Positions 1-9,232 of a stretch of DNA of 64,000 nucleotides are shown one piece after another. Source of the stretch: Candidatus Tepidifontimicrobium thermophilum (lineage in GTDB: Bacteria; Sysuimicrobiota; Sysuimicrobiia; Sysuimicrobiales; Sysuimicrobiaceae). The stretch's first letter is position 1. Each line of letters starts with the position of its first letter. The stretch lies in NCBI GenBank assembly GCA_031459915.1, contig JAVKHO010000007.1, positions 56,389 to 120,388 on the forward strand, read 5' to 3'. The notes beneath the pieces are model-generated. The model saw nothing but the letters and a program-made list of their open reading frames with translations. It ran no database searches and was not told the DNA's origin. A program made the translations under genes and the position numbers.

Positions 1-2
1 GC

Positions 3-290
3 AGCGAGATCGTGGCGGGCGCTCTGCAGGACACCGGGGCCGGGGTGCTGGTGGGCCAGCGGACCTTCGGGAAGGGGGTCATCACCACCGTGGTGGACCT
101 GCCCGGGGGCCGCGGAGCAACCATCACGACCGCCAAGTACCTCACCCCCAAGCGCCGGGACATCCACCGCAAGGGGATCCAGCCGGACGTGCTGGCGGGC
201 GACCGGGTGGAGGGGAAGACCGACCGCGAGGTGGAGGCCATCCGGCTGGAGCAGCTGCGCAAAGCGGTGGAAGTCCTCCGGAACCGGTGA
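3..290 (+). CDS. ctpA: S41 family C-terminal processing peptidase, 3' part (5' truncated by window)
   Basis: SEIVAGALQD...LVGQRTFGKG...TTAKYLTP...IHRKGIQPD, the canonical S41A C-terminal motifs. Confidence 0.9.
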   Translation, partial: SEIVAGALQDTGAGVLVGQRTFGKGVITTVVDLPGGRGATITTAKYLTPKRRDIHRKGIQPDVLAGDRVEGKTDREVEAIRLEQLRKAVEVLRNR

Positions 291-293
291 GCT

Positions 294-1481
294 GTGACGA
301 GAACCCGGCCGCCACGCCGTCGCAGGCGTCCTTCGGGCCCCTGGTTGTGGCTGTTGGCGGTGGCGGGTGCGGTGGCCGGGCTGGCTTTTGCGTGCACGCG
401 GCCGCCGGCGCAGCGGCCCGCCCAGCTTCCCACGCCCCCGCGCGTGCAGACCTCGACACCGCCGCCGGCACCCGCCGGGTTGGACGCGGAGCCAGAGGCC
501 GCAGCCCTGCGGGGGAAGGTTTTGGAGGCTCTGCCCGCGGGATCCCGCTGGGAGGCGCTGGGCAGCGAGGCGAGGCAGGACGGCTCCCTCGTCTGGCGGC
601 GGGCCCGTTACCGGGTCCAGCTGCCGGCCGGCGCCAACGTTAAGGCCGCCACCGGTGCCCTGGTGAAGGCCGCCGAGGACGCAGGCGGAGTCCTGCTGGC
701 CAGCCGTCCGGAAGGCCGTGGGCAAGTGCTGGAGGTGGGGCTGGAGCACCAGGGCAAGGTCTTGCCTGTGTTGCGGGTCCACCTGCGGCCTTCCGAGGAC
801 AAAAGCTCCCCGCAGGTCCGGGTCGCGGTGGTACTGGACGACGCGGGGATGCGGCTGGACGAGCTTGACCGCGCCCTGAGAGTCGGCCGGCCGTTGACCC
901 TGGCCATCCTGCCGGGGCTCCCGCACTCGGAGGAACTGGCCCGCAGGGCCCGGCAGGCCGGCCTGGAAGTCCTCCTGCACCTGCCTATGGAACCGGAAGA
1001 CCCCGAGCTGGCGTCTCAGTTGGGTGAGCTAGCCGTCCGGGTGGACATGGCGGAGGAGGACATCGTCCGCACCGTAAAGTCCGCCCTGCGGGCTGTACCC
1101 GGGGCGGTGGGGGTCAACAACCACATGGGCTCGAAGGCCACCGCCGATCCGAGGGTGATGAGGGCGGTGCTGCGGGCCCTGCGGGAAGACGGGATGTTCT
1201 TCGTGGACTCCCGCACCACGCCGAAAAGTTCCGCGGAGGTGGTGGCGAAGGAACTGGGGGTGAGGGTGGCCCGGCGTATGGTGTTCCTGGACAACGACCC
1301 TTCGCCCGAGGCGGTCCGGACCCAGATCCGGCAGCTGGTGGAACTCGCGCGACGCCACGGCAGCGCCGTGGCGATCGGGCACGCGAACCGGCCCCACACC
1401 GCGGAGGTGCTGGCGGAGATGGTGCCGGAGATGGAACGCGCGGGGGTCCGGCTCGTACCGGTGGGCGAGCTGGCGCGCTGA
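294..1481 (+). CDS. Divergent polysaccharide deacetylase family protein (YibQ-like), membrane anchored
   Basis: VAVVLDDAG, LLHLPMEP, GVNNHMGS, FFVDSRT, VFLDN, AIGH motifs; N-terminal TM; usual position after ctpA. Confidence 0.85.
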   Translation: MTRTRPPRRRRRPSGPWLWLLAVAGAVAGLAFACTRPPAQRPAQLPTPPRVQTSTPPPAPAGLDAEPEAAALRGKVLEALPAGSRWEALGSEARQDGSLVWRRARYRVQLPAGANVKAATGALVKAAEDAGGVLLASRPEGRGQVLEVGLEHQGKVLPVLRVHLRPSEDKSSPQVRVAVVLDDAGMRLDELDRALRVGRPLTLAILPGLPHSEELARRARQAGLEVLLHLPMEPEDPELASQLGELAVRVDMAEEDIVRTVKSALRAVPGAVGVNNHMGSKATADPRVMRAVLRALREDGMFFVDSRTTPKSSAEVVAKELGVRVARRMVFLDNDPSPEAVRTQIRQLVELARRHGSAVAIGHANRPHTAEVLAEMVPEMERAGVRLVPVGELAR

Positions 1482-1681
1482 TCTTCCGGGATGCGGTGGC
1501 TACCGGGCCCCGCGGCGGCGCCGGGAGGAGTGGGGCGAAGGTTAGCGAAGCCTAGGTTGCTGGGTCGGGTCTGCCAGGCTGCAAACGCACGTTCGAAAGG
1601 GGGTGAGGTCCGTAGGGCAACGGAGCCTTCGTACACTCACGTGCGCGTGCACAAAAACTGCCAGCAAGGGGGGCTGATGCG

Positions 1682-2944
1682 ATGAGGAAGGCCAGAGCGA
1701 CTTGGGCCGTCCTGGTGGCGGCGCTGGTCGCCGTCACGTCCTGGGCGGTGACCTATGCGGCTCCGGTCCGGATGGGGCCGGTGACGGACGACTGGGGCGT
1801 GGTCCGCGTGGCCCGCGGGCAGCCCATCGTGATCGCGTACTGGCTGGTGGTGGCTGGTCCCGACGCCAGCCTGGGGGTCGACAGCCGGCGCGGGATCGAA
1901 ATCGCCATCGACGACAAGAAGACGGTGGCCGGCCACCCCGTGCGGCTCATCGGAGAGGACACTGGGTGCAACGCGGAGGGCGGCACCACCGCGGCCACCA
2001 AGCTCGCCGCCAACCGCCAGATCGTGGCTGCCATCGGCAGCAGCTGCTCCAGCGAGGCGGTCCCCGGGGCACCCATCCTGTGCAAGCAGGGCATCGTGAC
2101 GGTCTCCCCGTCCAACACCGCGCCCAGGCTCACGGACCCCAAACGGGGCCCGGAGTACGCCTGCTACCTCCGCACTGCCCACAACGACCTGGTGCAGGGG
2201 CGGGCCGCCGCGCAGTTCGTCTACCACGTGTTGGGCGTGCGGCGGGCGGCCACCATCCACGACGGTAGCCCCTACGCGGAGGGGCTGGCGAACGTGTTCG
2301 CGGACGTGTTCAAGCGGCTGGGCGGCACCATCACCTCCCAGGAGGCCGTCTCGCCTACCGACACGGACATGCGTCCCGTGCTGACCCGGATCGCCGCCGG
2401 CAGGCCGCAGCTCATCTACTACCCCATCTTCATCGCCGCGGGCGGGCACATCACCCGCCAGGCGAAGGAAGTGGCGGGACTGGAGAACGTCAAGCTGATG
2501 AGCGCGGACGGCACCTTCTCCCCGGACTTCTGGAAGGCCGCGGGGGAGGCGGCCCGCGGGGTGTACAACTCCAGCCCGGACCTGTCCGTGGAGGCCCTGG
2601 GGCCGAAGTACCAGCAGTTTTTGGACAAGCACCAGAAGAAGTACGGGGAAAAGCCCTTGAGCGCCTTCCACGCCCACGCCTACGACGCGGCCATGATGAT
2701 CTTCGCGGCCATCGAGAAGGTGGCGAAGAAGGACGCGCAGGGCAACACCTACATCGGCCGCAAGGCCCTACGGGACGCGCTGTTCGCCACCCGGAACTTC
2801 CCGGGGATCACCGGTAACCTCACCTGCAACCCGTACGGCGACTGCGCGGACCCGAAGATCGCCGTCTACCAGACCATCTCCGCGGACCCCGCGAAGTGGA
2901 ACCCGGGGGTGGATCCCAAGAAGGTCTGGTCCATGAAGAGGTAG
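1682..2944 (+). CDS. livK: Branched-chain amino acid ABC transporter substrate-binding protein
   Basis: Signal peptide; SPSNTAPRLT, YGEGLA-like and HAYDAA motifs; first gene of a liv operon. Confidence 0.85.
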   Translation: MRKARATWAVLVAALVAVTSWAVTYAAPVRMGPVTDDWGVVRVARGQPIVIAYWLVVAGPDASLGVDSRRGIEIAIDDKKTVAGHPVRLIGEDTGCNAEGGTTAATKLAANRQIVAAIGSSCSSEAVPGAPILCKQGIVTVSPSNTAPRLTDPKRGPEYACYLRTAHNDLVQGRAAAQFVYHVLGVRRAATIHDGSPYAEGLANVFADVFKRLGGTITSQEAVSPTDTDMRPVLTRIAAGRPQLIYYPIFIAAGGHITRQAKEVAGLENVKLMSADGTFSPDFWKAAGEAARGVYNSSPDLSVEALGPKYQQFLDKHQKKYGEKPLSAFHAHAYDAAMMIFAAIEKVAKKDAQGNTYIGRKALRDALFATRNFPGITGNLTCNPYGDCADPKIAVYQTISADPAKWNPGVDPKKVWSMKR

Positions 2945-2959
2945 GCGGCACGGTCGAGG

Positions 2960-2988
2960 GGGCGGGGGAGTCCGCGCTTCCCCCGCCC
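2960..2988 (+). terminator. GC-rich stem-loop after livK (mRNA-stabilising hairpin or partial terminator)
   Basis: GGGCGGGGGA (2960-2969) pairs perfectly with TCCCCCGCCC (2979-2988), followed by a weak pyrimidine tract. Confidence 0.55.
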
Positions 2989-3018
2989 TCTCCTTTGCTC
3001 GGGAGGGAGGTCGGGAAC

Positions 3019-4095
3019 GTGGCGGCGGGCGCGTTGCGGCGGCCCGTAGCGAGGCGGCTGAACTTCGTGGACGCCTTCCTGTGGGCCTTCCGGCTCGCGG
3101 TCATCGTGGTCGTGGTGTGGGGGACGGTGGGGACCCTGCGCCTGGGCCGGTACACGGGGGAGCAGTGGGTGGACTTCGTGGTCTTCGGCCTCGCCCAGGG
3201 AGGGATCTACGCCCTCATCGCCCTGGGCTACACGATGGTGTACGGCATCCTGCGGATGATCAACTTCGCCCACGGAGAGGTGTTCATGAGCGGGGCCTAC
3301 ACCGCGTACTTCGTGGCTGCCCCCCTGGCGGCCTCGGGCTTCCTCGACCGGCACCCGATCCTCAGCCTCCTGCTGCTGGTGGCCGTGGCCGCGGCGGTGT
3401 CCACGGGGGTCGCGGTGCTGGTGGAGCGGGTGGCCTACCGGCCCCTGCGCCGGGCTCCGCGCTTGGTGCCCCTCATCACCGCCATCGGCGCTTCCTTCTT
3501 CCTCCAGTACGCGTTCCGGGGCCTGTACGGCTCGGGGTTCAAGGCGTACCCGGAGTTCCAGCTGTTCAAGGGCGAGTGGCAGATCCTGGGGATTGGCGTG
3601 TTGCGAACGCAGGCGGTGGTCCTGGCCAGCGCCGCGGTGCTGATGTTCGCCCTCTACCAGTTCGTGATGCGGACCAAGGTGGGCAAGGCGATGCGGGCGG
3701 TGTCCGAGGACAAGGACGCCGCGGCCCTCATGGGGATCGACGTGGACCGCATCATCGTGCTCACCTTCGCTATCGGGGGAGCCGCAGCGGGGGCAGCAGG
3801 GATCCTGTACGCGCTGGTGTTCAAGCAGGTGCACTTCTTCATGGGGTTCGTGCCAGGGATCAAGGCCTTCACCTCCGCGGTGCTGGGCGGCATCGGGAAC
3901 ATCCCGGGCGCTATGCTGGGCGGCCTCTTCCTGGGCGTGGTGGAGTCGGTGGGGCCCGCCCTGTTCCTGGACGGGTTGGGGATCGTGGCGCCCTACCAGC
4001 TGAAGGACGTGATCGCCTTCACCATGCTGGTCATGGTGCTCATCTTCCGGCCCCAGGGGATCCTGGGCGAGCGCCTCGCGGCTAAGAGGGCGTAG
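3019..4095 (+). CDS. livH: Branched-chain amino acid ABC transporter permease
   Basis: GLAQGGIYALIALGYTMVYGILRMINFAHGE, GKAMRAVSED; GTG start chosen after GGGAGG. Confidence 0.9.
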   Translation: MAAGALRRPVARRLNFVDAFLWAFRLAVIVVVVWGTVGTLRLGRYTGEQWVDFVVFGLAQGGIYALIALGYTMVYGILRMINFAHGEVFMSGAYTAYFVAAPLAASGFLDRHPILSLLLLVAVAAAVSTGVAVLVERVAYRPLRRAPRLVPLITAIGASFFLQYAFRGLYGSGFKAYPEFQLFKGEWQILGIGVLRTQAVVLASAAVLMFALYQFVMRTKVGKAMRAVSEDKDAAALMGIDVDRIIVLTFAIGGAAAGAAGILYALVFKQVHFFMGFVPGIKAFTSAVLGGIGNIPGAMLGGLFLGVVESVGPALFLDGLGIVAPYQLKDVIAFTMLVMVLIFRPQGILGERLAAKRA

Positions 4096-4097
4096 CC

Positions 4098-5759
4098 GTG
4101 TGGCGTGTGGGGCTGGTGTTCGGCGCGGTAGCGTGGTTCGTGAGCCTGGTGGGCCTGGTGGAGGCCCTGCACGGCCGGTGGGTGGTGGACGGGGTTCTGT
4201 CCGCGGGCCAGGTGCTCCTCCTGGCGGTCCTGCTGGCCAGCGGCTGGACCGCGGCCCGCCGCTTTTCGGCAAGCCTTGTAGGCCGGCTGTGGGCCGGGCT
4301 GCTGGCGGGGGCGACGGTGGGGTTCTGCGTGGGCCTGCTGGTGTGGCTGCGGTCGCTGGTGGACCTGCGGACCATGTTCGTCAACGCCTCGCCGGCCCTG
4401 TTCCAGCTACTTTCTGGGGGCCAACCGGCGCGGGTGGCCTGGGCAGCCGCCGTGGCCGTTGGCGCAGGGGTGGGCCTCGTGGGTGGTGCGGGCGCGTGCA
4501 CGCCTGCACGGGTAGTCCGGCCGATTCTGGTGGGGGCCGCGGCCGCGCTCAGCCTCGCGCTGTTCCAAGAGCTCGTGCTGCTGGTCCTGCAGCCCGAACC
4601 CCTCGCGCCGGTCCGGGACTGGCTGTTCGTGGCAGGCGGGGGACCGACCGCCCAGGGGATCGCGGCCACATTCGCGTTCTCTGCGGCCCTCGCGGCTCTG
4701 CGGCAGGCGTCTTGGGGTCGGGCGGGCAGGGTTGCCCTTCCCCCGAAGGCCCAGCGGGTGCTGTGGAGCTTCGTGGGCGTCCTGTTGCTGGCGGCCCTCC
4801 CGATCGCCGGCGGCCCGTTTGTGGCGCAGGTGCTGGTGATCGTGGGCCTGTACACCCTCATGGGACTGGGGCTTAACCTGGAGGTAGGGCTGGCGGGTCT
4901 GCTGGACCTGGGGTTCGTGGCGTTTTTCGCCATCGGTGCCTACACCGTGGGGCTTCTGACCTCGGTGGGCGATCACGGGATCGCCCACTGGTCCTTCTGG
5001 GCGGCAGTCCCCGTTGCGGTGCTGGTCTCCCTGATCGCGGGCGTGATCCTGGGGATCCCGGTACTGGGGATCCGCGGGGACTACCTGGCCATCGCTACCC
5101 TGGGGTTCGGGGAGATCGTGCGGCTGCTGGTCCTGTCCGACGCCCTGCGGCCTTGGTTCGGCGGATCCCAGGGGGTCCTGGCGATCCCGAAACCGGTGCT
5201 GGCGGGCTTCGAATTTTCCGGACCGCAGCACCTGTACTACCTGACGGTGGTGGCGTCCGCGGTGGTGGCCTACGTGGCGTGGCGGCTGCAGGACTCCCGG
5301 CTGGGCCGGGCCTGGATGGCCATCCGGGAGGACGAGGACGTGGCGGAGGCGCTGGGGATCAACCTGGTGAGCGTCAAACTCCTGGCGTACGGCCTGGGCG
5401 CGGCCTTCGCGGGCGTGGGAGGGGCCATCTTCGCGGTGATGGTCGGCTCGGTGTTCCCCCACAGCTTCCAGCTGCTGATCTCCATCCAGGTACTGGCCCT
5501 CATCATCGTGGGCGGGATGGGCAGCATCCCCGGGGTGATCGTGGGTTCCGCGGTGCTCATCGGGCTTCCGGAGTTGCTGCGGGAGTTCGGCGAGTTCCGG
5601 TTCCTGGTTTACGGAGCTGTCCTGGTGGCCATGATGCTGCTGCGGCCCGAGGGGCTGTTGCCCGCGGCGGCCCAGCGGCGGGAGCTGCACGCGGCGGAGG
5701 AGGAACCGGCGGGACTGGCCCGGACGCCCGTGGGTGCGGCCACGGAGGGGGGCGCCTAG
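4098..5759 (+). CDS. livM: Branched-chain amino acid ABC transporter permease with extended N-terminal TM region
   Basis: GLLDLGFVAFFAIGAY, RGDYLAIATLGFGEI, GRAWMAIREDE. Confidence 0.9.
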   Translation: MWRVGLVFGAVAWFVSLVGLVEALHGRWVVDGVLSAGQVLLLAVLLASGWTAARRFSASLVGRLWAGLLAGATVGFCVGLLVWLRSLVDLRTMFVNASPALFQLLSGGQPARVAWAAAVAVGAGVGLVGGAGACTPARVVRPILVGAAAALSLALFQELVLLVLQPEPLAPVRDWLFVAGGGPTAQGIAATFAFSAALAALRQASWGRAGRVALPPKAQRVLWSFVGVLLLAALPIAGGPFVAQVLVIVGLYTLMGLGLNLEVGLAGLLDLGFVAFFAIGAYTVGLLTSVGDHGIAHWSFWAAVPVAVLVSLIAGVILGIPVLGIRGDYLAIATLGFGEIVRLLVLSDALRPWFGGSQGVLAIPKPVLAGFEFSGPQHLYYLTVVASAVVAYVAWRLQDSRLGRAWMAIREDEDVAEALGINLVSVKLLAYGLGAAFAGVGGAIFAVMVGSVFPHSFQLLISIQVLALIIVGGMGSIPGVIVGSAVLIGLPELLREFGEFRFLVYGAVLVAMMLLRPEGLLPAAAQRRELHAAEEEPAGLARTPVGAATEGGA

Positions 5760-5760
5760 C

Positions 5761-6546
5761 GTGGCCATCCTGGTCACCCGGCGGATGACCAAGCGGTTCG
5801 GCGGGCTGGTGGCCATCCGGGCCCTGGACCTGGAGGTGGAGGAGCGGGCGATCCACAGCGTCATCGGCCCCAACGGGGCGGGTAAAACCACCCTGTTCAA
5901 CTGCGTCACGGGGTTCTACCGCCCCGACGAGGGCGAGATCTGGTTTGCCGGCCAACGGGTGGACGGCCTGCGGCCGGACGAGATCGCGCACCTCGGGGTC
6001 GCCCGTACCTACCAGAACATCCGCCTCTTCGCCAACATGACGGCCCTGGAGAACGTGCTGGTAGGGCTGCACATGCACCTGCGGTCCACCTGGGTGGGCG
6101 CGGTGCTGGCCAGCCCCGCGGTGCGTCGGGAGGAACGGTGGGCCCACGCGGAGGCCCGGCGGCTGTTGGAATTCGTGGGGCTCGCCGGCCGGGGGGATCT
6201 GCTGGCCCGCAACCTGCCGTACGGGGAGCAGCGAAAGCTGGAGCTGGCCCGGGCGTTAGCCACCCGGCCCAAGCTCCTGCTGCTGGACGAGCCCACCGCA
6301 GGCATGAACCCCGCGGAGACCGCGGAGATGATCCAGTTCATCCGGCGCTTGCGGGACGAGCTGGGGATCACCATTCTGCTCATCGAGCACCACATGCGGG
6401 TGGTGATGACCATCTCGGACCGGGTGACGGTGCTGGACTACGGGGAAAAGATCTCCGAGGGCACACCCGAGCAGGTGCAGAACGACCCGCGGGTCATCGA
6501 GGCGTACCTGGGCACCCGGAAGGTCAAGGCGGAAGCCCTCGGATAA
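5761..6546 (+). CDS. livG: Branched-chain amino acid ABC transporter ATPase
   Basis: GPNGAGKTT, LPYGEQRKLE, LLLLDEP, C-terminal VIEAYLG. Confidence 0.92.
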   Translation: MAILVTRRMTKRFGGLVAIRALDLEVEERAIHSVIGPNGAGKTTLFNCVTGFYRPDEGEIWFAGQRVDGLRPDEIAHLGVARTYQNIRLFANMTALENVLVGLHMHLRSTWVGAVLASPAVRREERWAHAEARRLLEFVGLAGRGDLLARNLPYGEQRKLELARALATRPKLLLLDEPTAGMNPAETAEMIQFIRRLRDELGITILLIEHHMRVVMTISDRVTVLDYGEKISEGTPEQVQNDPRVIEAYLGTRKVKAEALG

Positions 6547-6552
6547 AAGACC

Positions 6553-7263
<711 letters not shown>

Positions 7264-7365
7264 ACACCGGTCCGCGGGTTTCCCGGCGTGAAGCGGACGT
7301 TACAGGTTTCCGGTTCCATGGGTCCGCACCGTGCGGTGCACGCCAGGGAGAGGAGGACGGCGACC

Positions 7366-7782
7366 GTGGTCCGGACGATGCTGTTGGCCCTGTTGGTGAT
7401 GGGGTGGGTAACTGCGGGGGTGACCGCGGGCCCCGCACCGCGGGTGATCCGCGTTTCCCTGACCTCGTTCAAGTTCGAGCCCAGCCTGATCCAGCTCCGA
7501 CAGGGGGAGCGGGTGGTGCTGGAGCTGGTGAACGAGGACACCCAGCGCCCCCACAACATCGCCTCGGAGCTGTTCAACCACACGGAGCTGGTGGTGCGGG
7601 GTGAGTTCCGGCAGGGCACCACCGCGGACGGCCGCCGGTTCGTGTTCGTGGATGTGGGCAAGCGGGCGGAGGTGGAGTTCACCGTTCCCCGGGTGGCCGC
7701 GGGGCAGGTCGGCTTCATCTGCAGCGTGGGCCAGCACGCGGCTCAGGGCATGACCGGCGCGTTTGTGGTCCGGCCGCCGTGA
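7366..7782 (+). CDS. Secreted cupredoxin (type-1 blue copper) protein
   Basis: Signal peptide; FEPSLIQL, PHNI and C-x4-H-x4-M (CSVGQHAAQGM); start chosen after AGGAGG. Confidence 0.8.
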   Translation: MVRTMLLALLVMGWVTAGVTAGPAPRVIRVSLTSFKFEPSLIQLRQGERVVLELVNEDTQRPHNIASELFNHTELVVRGEFRQGTTADGRRFVFVDVGKRAEVEFTVPRVAAGQVGFICSVGQHAAQGMTGAFVVRPP

Positions 7783-7902
7783 GCTTCTGACGGGCGGGAC
7801 AGGCGGGGGAGTAAGGGAGGGATCGCGGCGACCGCGGTACTAAGCCCGTGACAGAGGTGTGAACCACCCCTCCAGGATGGAGCTCGAGGCGCTCGACGGG
7901 AG

Positions 7903-8347
7903 GTGCGGAGACGCAGTGGATCGCGGTCGTTGTCCTCGTGGTGGGCCTCGCGACCGCAGGACACGCTTACTACCATCAGCAGCAGCCCGCAGGAGCCGCG
8001 GACCGGCCTGGAAGGTTCAGGCGCGGACGGCGGCCACCCATGCAGGGTTTGCCGCTGGCGGGGACACCATGGGCTACGTGGAGCAACACCTCGGGCACGC
8101 CCTCAACTGTATCGAGGGCCCTCAGGGACGCAACTTCAACCGGGCCTGGGGCCACGTGTGCGACGGTCAGGGGCAAGGGATCCTCACGGACCTGCGGAAT
8201 GACCGAGAGGGCATGAGCTGGACGTTGGTGGTGGAAGCCGCGGACGAGCTCGCGGTGAAGGGGATCCGAAGCCGCGACCTCGCCCAGCGGAAGAATGCCG
8301 CAAGGGGCGTGGCGGAGCTGCTGCGCCTCGCCGCGGAAGGCCGGTAG
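7903..8347 (+). pseudogene. Probable frameshifted secreted hypothetical protein
   Basis: A signal-peptide-like segment (QWIAVVVLVVGLATAGHA) lies in one frame. The protein-like body (AWKVQARTAATHAGF...HLGHALNCIEG) lies in another. The junction is near 8001-8010. Confidence 0.45.
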
Positions 8348-8594
8348 CCCCCTTCCCGACATACAGCAGACCGGCGGCCGCACCGGCACGGCGTACCTGT
8401 GGTGGCTCGGGTGCAGCTTCACCACGGGCGCGCAGGCCCGCCCGCTGGCCCTCCCCCGGGGGAGTCGTCTGGGCACTCCCGCAGGCTCCACGGGCGCTGA
8501 GGGGCCGACTTGCCGGGGGCCCCGGCCGGAGGTCGGCGGTTTTCTGACTTAGGGACCGAAACGGGCCCGGGTGCGTTGGGGCTTCGGAGATCTT

Positions 8595-8670
<76 letters not shown>

Positions 8671-8681
8671 ACGCGTCCAGG

Positions 8682-8690
8682 ATTGTACCA
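8682..8690 (-). promoter_or_regulatory. Extended -10 promoter element (TGnTACAAT) for tRNA-Ala
   Basis: TGGTACAAT on the minus strand, 11 nt upstream of the mature tRNA 5' end. Confidence 0.55.
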
Positions 8691-8755
8691 CAAGCCGCGT
8701 CCGGTGCGGCGCGTCCAGGGCGTATCATGGAAGCCGGAAGTGGAGGTGGCTGCAG

Positions 8756-9232
8756 GTGGTGGAACCGGGCGCCCCGGCGCCGGATTTTGAGTTGCTGGAC
8801 CACCAGGGCCAGCGGGTGCGGCTGCGGGACTTTCAGGGCCGGCGGGTAGTCCTGTACTTCTACCCCAGGGATGGCACCCCAGGCTGTACCCGGGAGGCGT
8901 GCTCCTTCCGGGACGTGCACGCCAGACTCCAGCGGGCGGGGGCGGTGGTGCTGGGTGTGAGCCCAGACAGCCCGCAGTCCCACGCGCGGTTCCGCGAGCG
9001 CTACCGCCTGCCCTTCCCGTTGCTGTCGGACCCTGAGGGCAAGGTGGCCCAGGCCTATGGGGCGTGGGAGGAGAAGACCCTGTACGGCCGGAAGCGGTGG
9101 GGGGTGGCCCGCACCACGTTCCTGATCGGTCCCGACGGAAGGGTGGAGCGCGTGTGGCGGCGCGTGAAGCCGGACGGCCACGGGGACGAGGTCCTGGCTG
9201 CCCTCAGGGCGGGCGCGAGGGGGAAGCCGTGA
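8756..9232 (+). CDS. bcp: Thioredoxin-dependent peroxiredoxin (BCP/PrxQ)
   Basis: LYFYPRDGTPGCTREAC, RTTFLI. Confidence 0.93.
   Translation: MVEPGAPAPDFELLDHQGQRVRLRDFQGRRVVLYFYPRDGTPGCTREACSFRDVHARLQRAGAVVLGVSPDSPQSHARFRERYRLPFPLLSDPEGKVAQAYGAWEEKTLYGRKRWGVARTTFLIGPDGRVERVWRRVKPDGHGDEVLAALRAGARGKP

Noticed and set aside
1578..1630. c-di-GMP-I riboswitch-like GCAAA...GAAA sequence in the livK leader
   Set aside because: The GACGCAAA junction and second stem are missing; the match is too partial without a covariance search.
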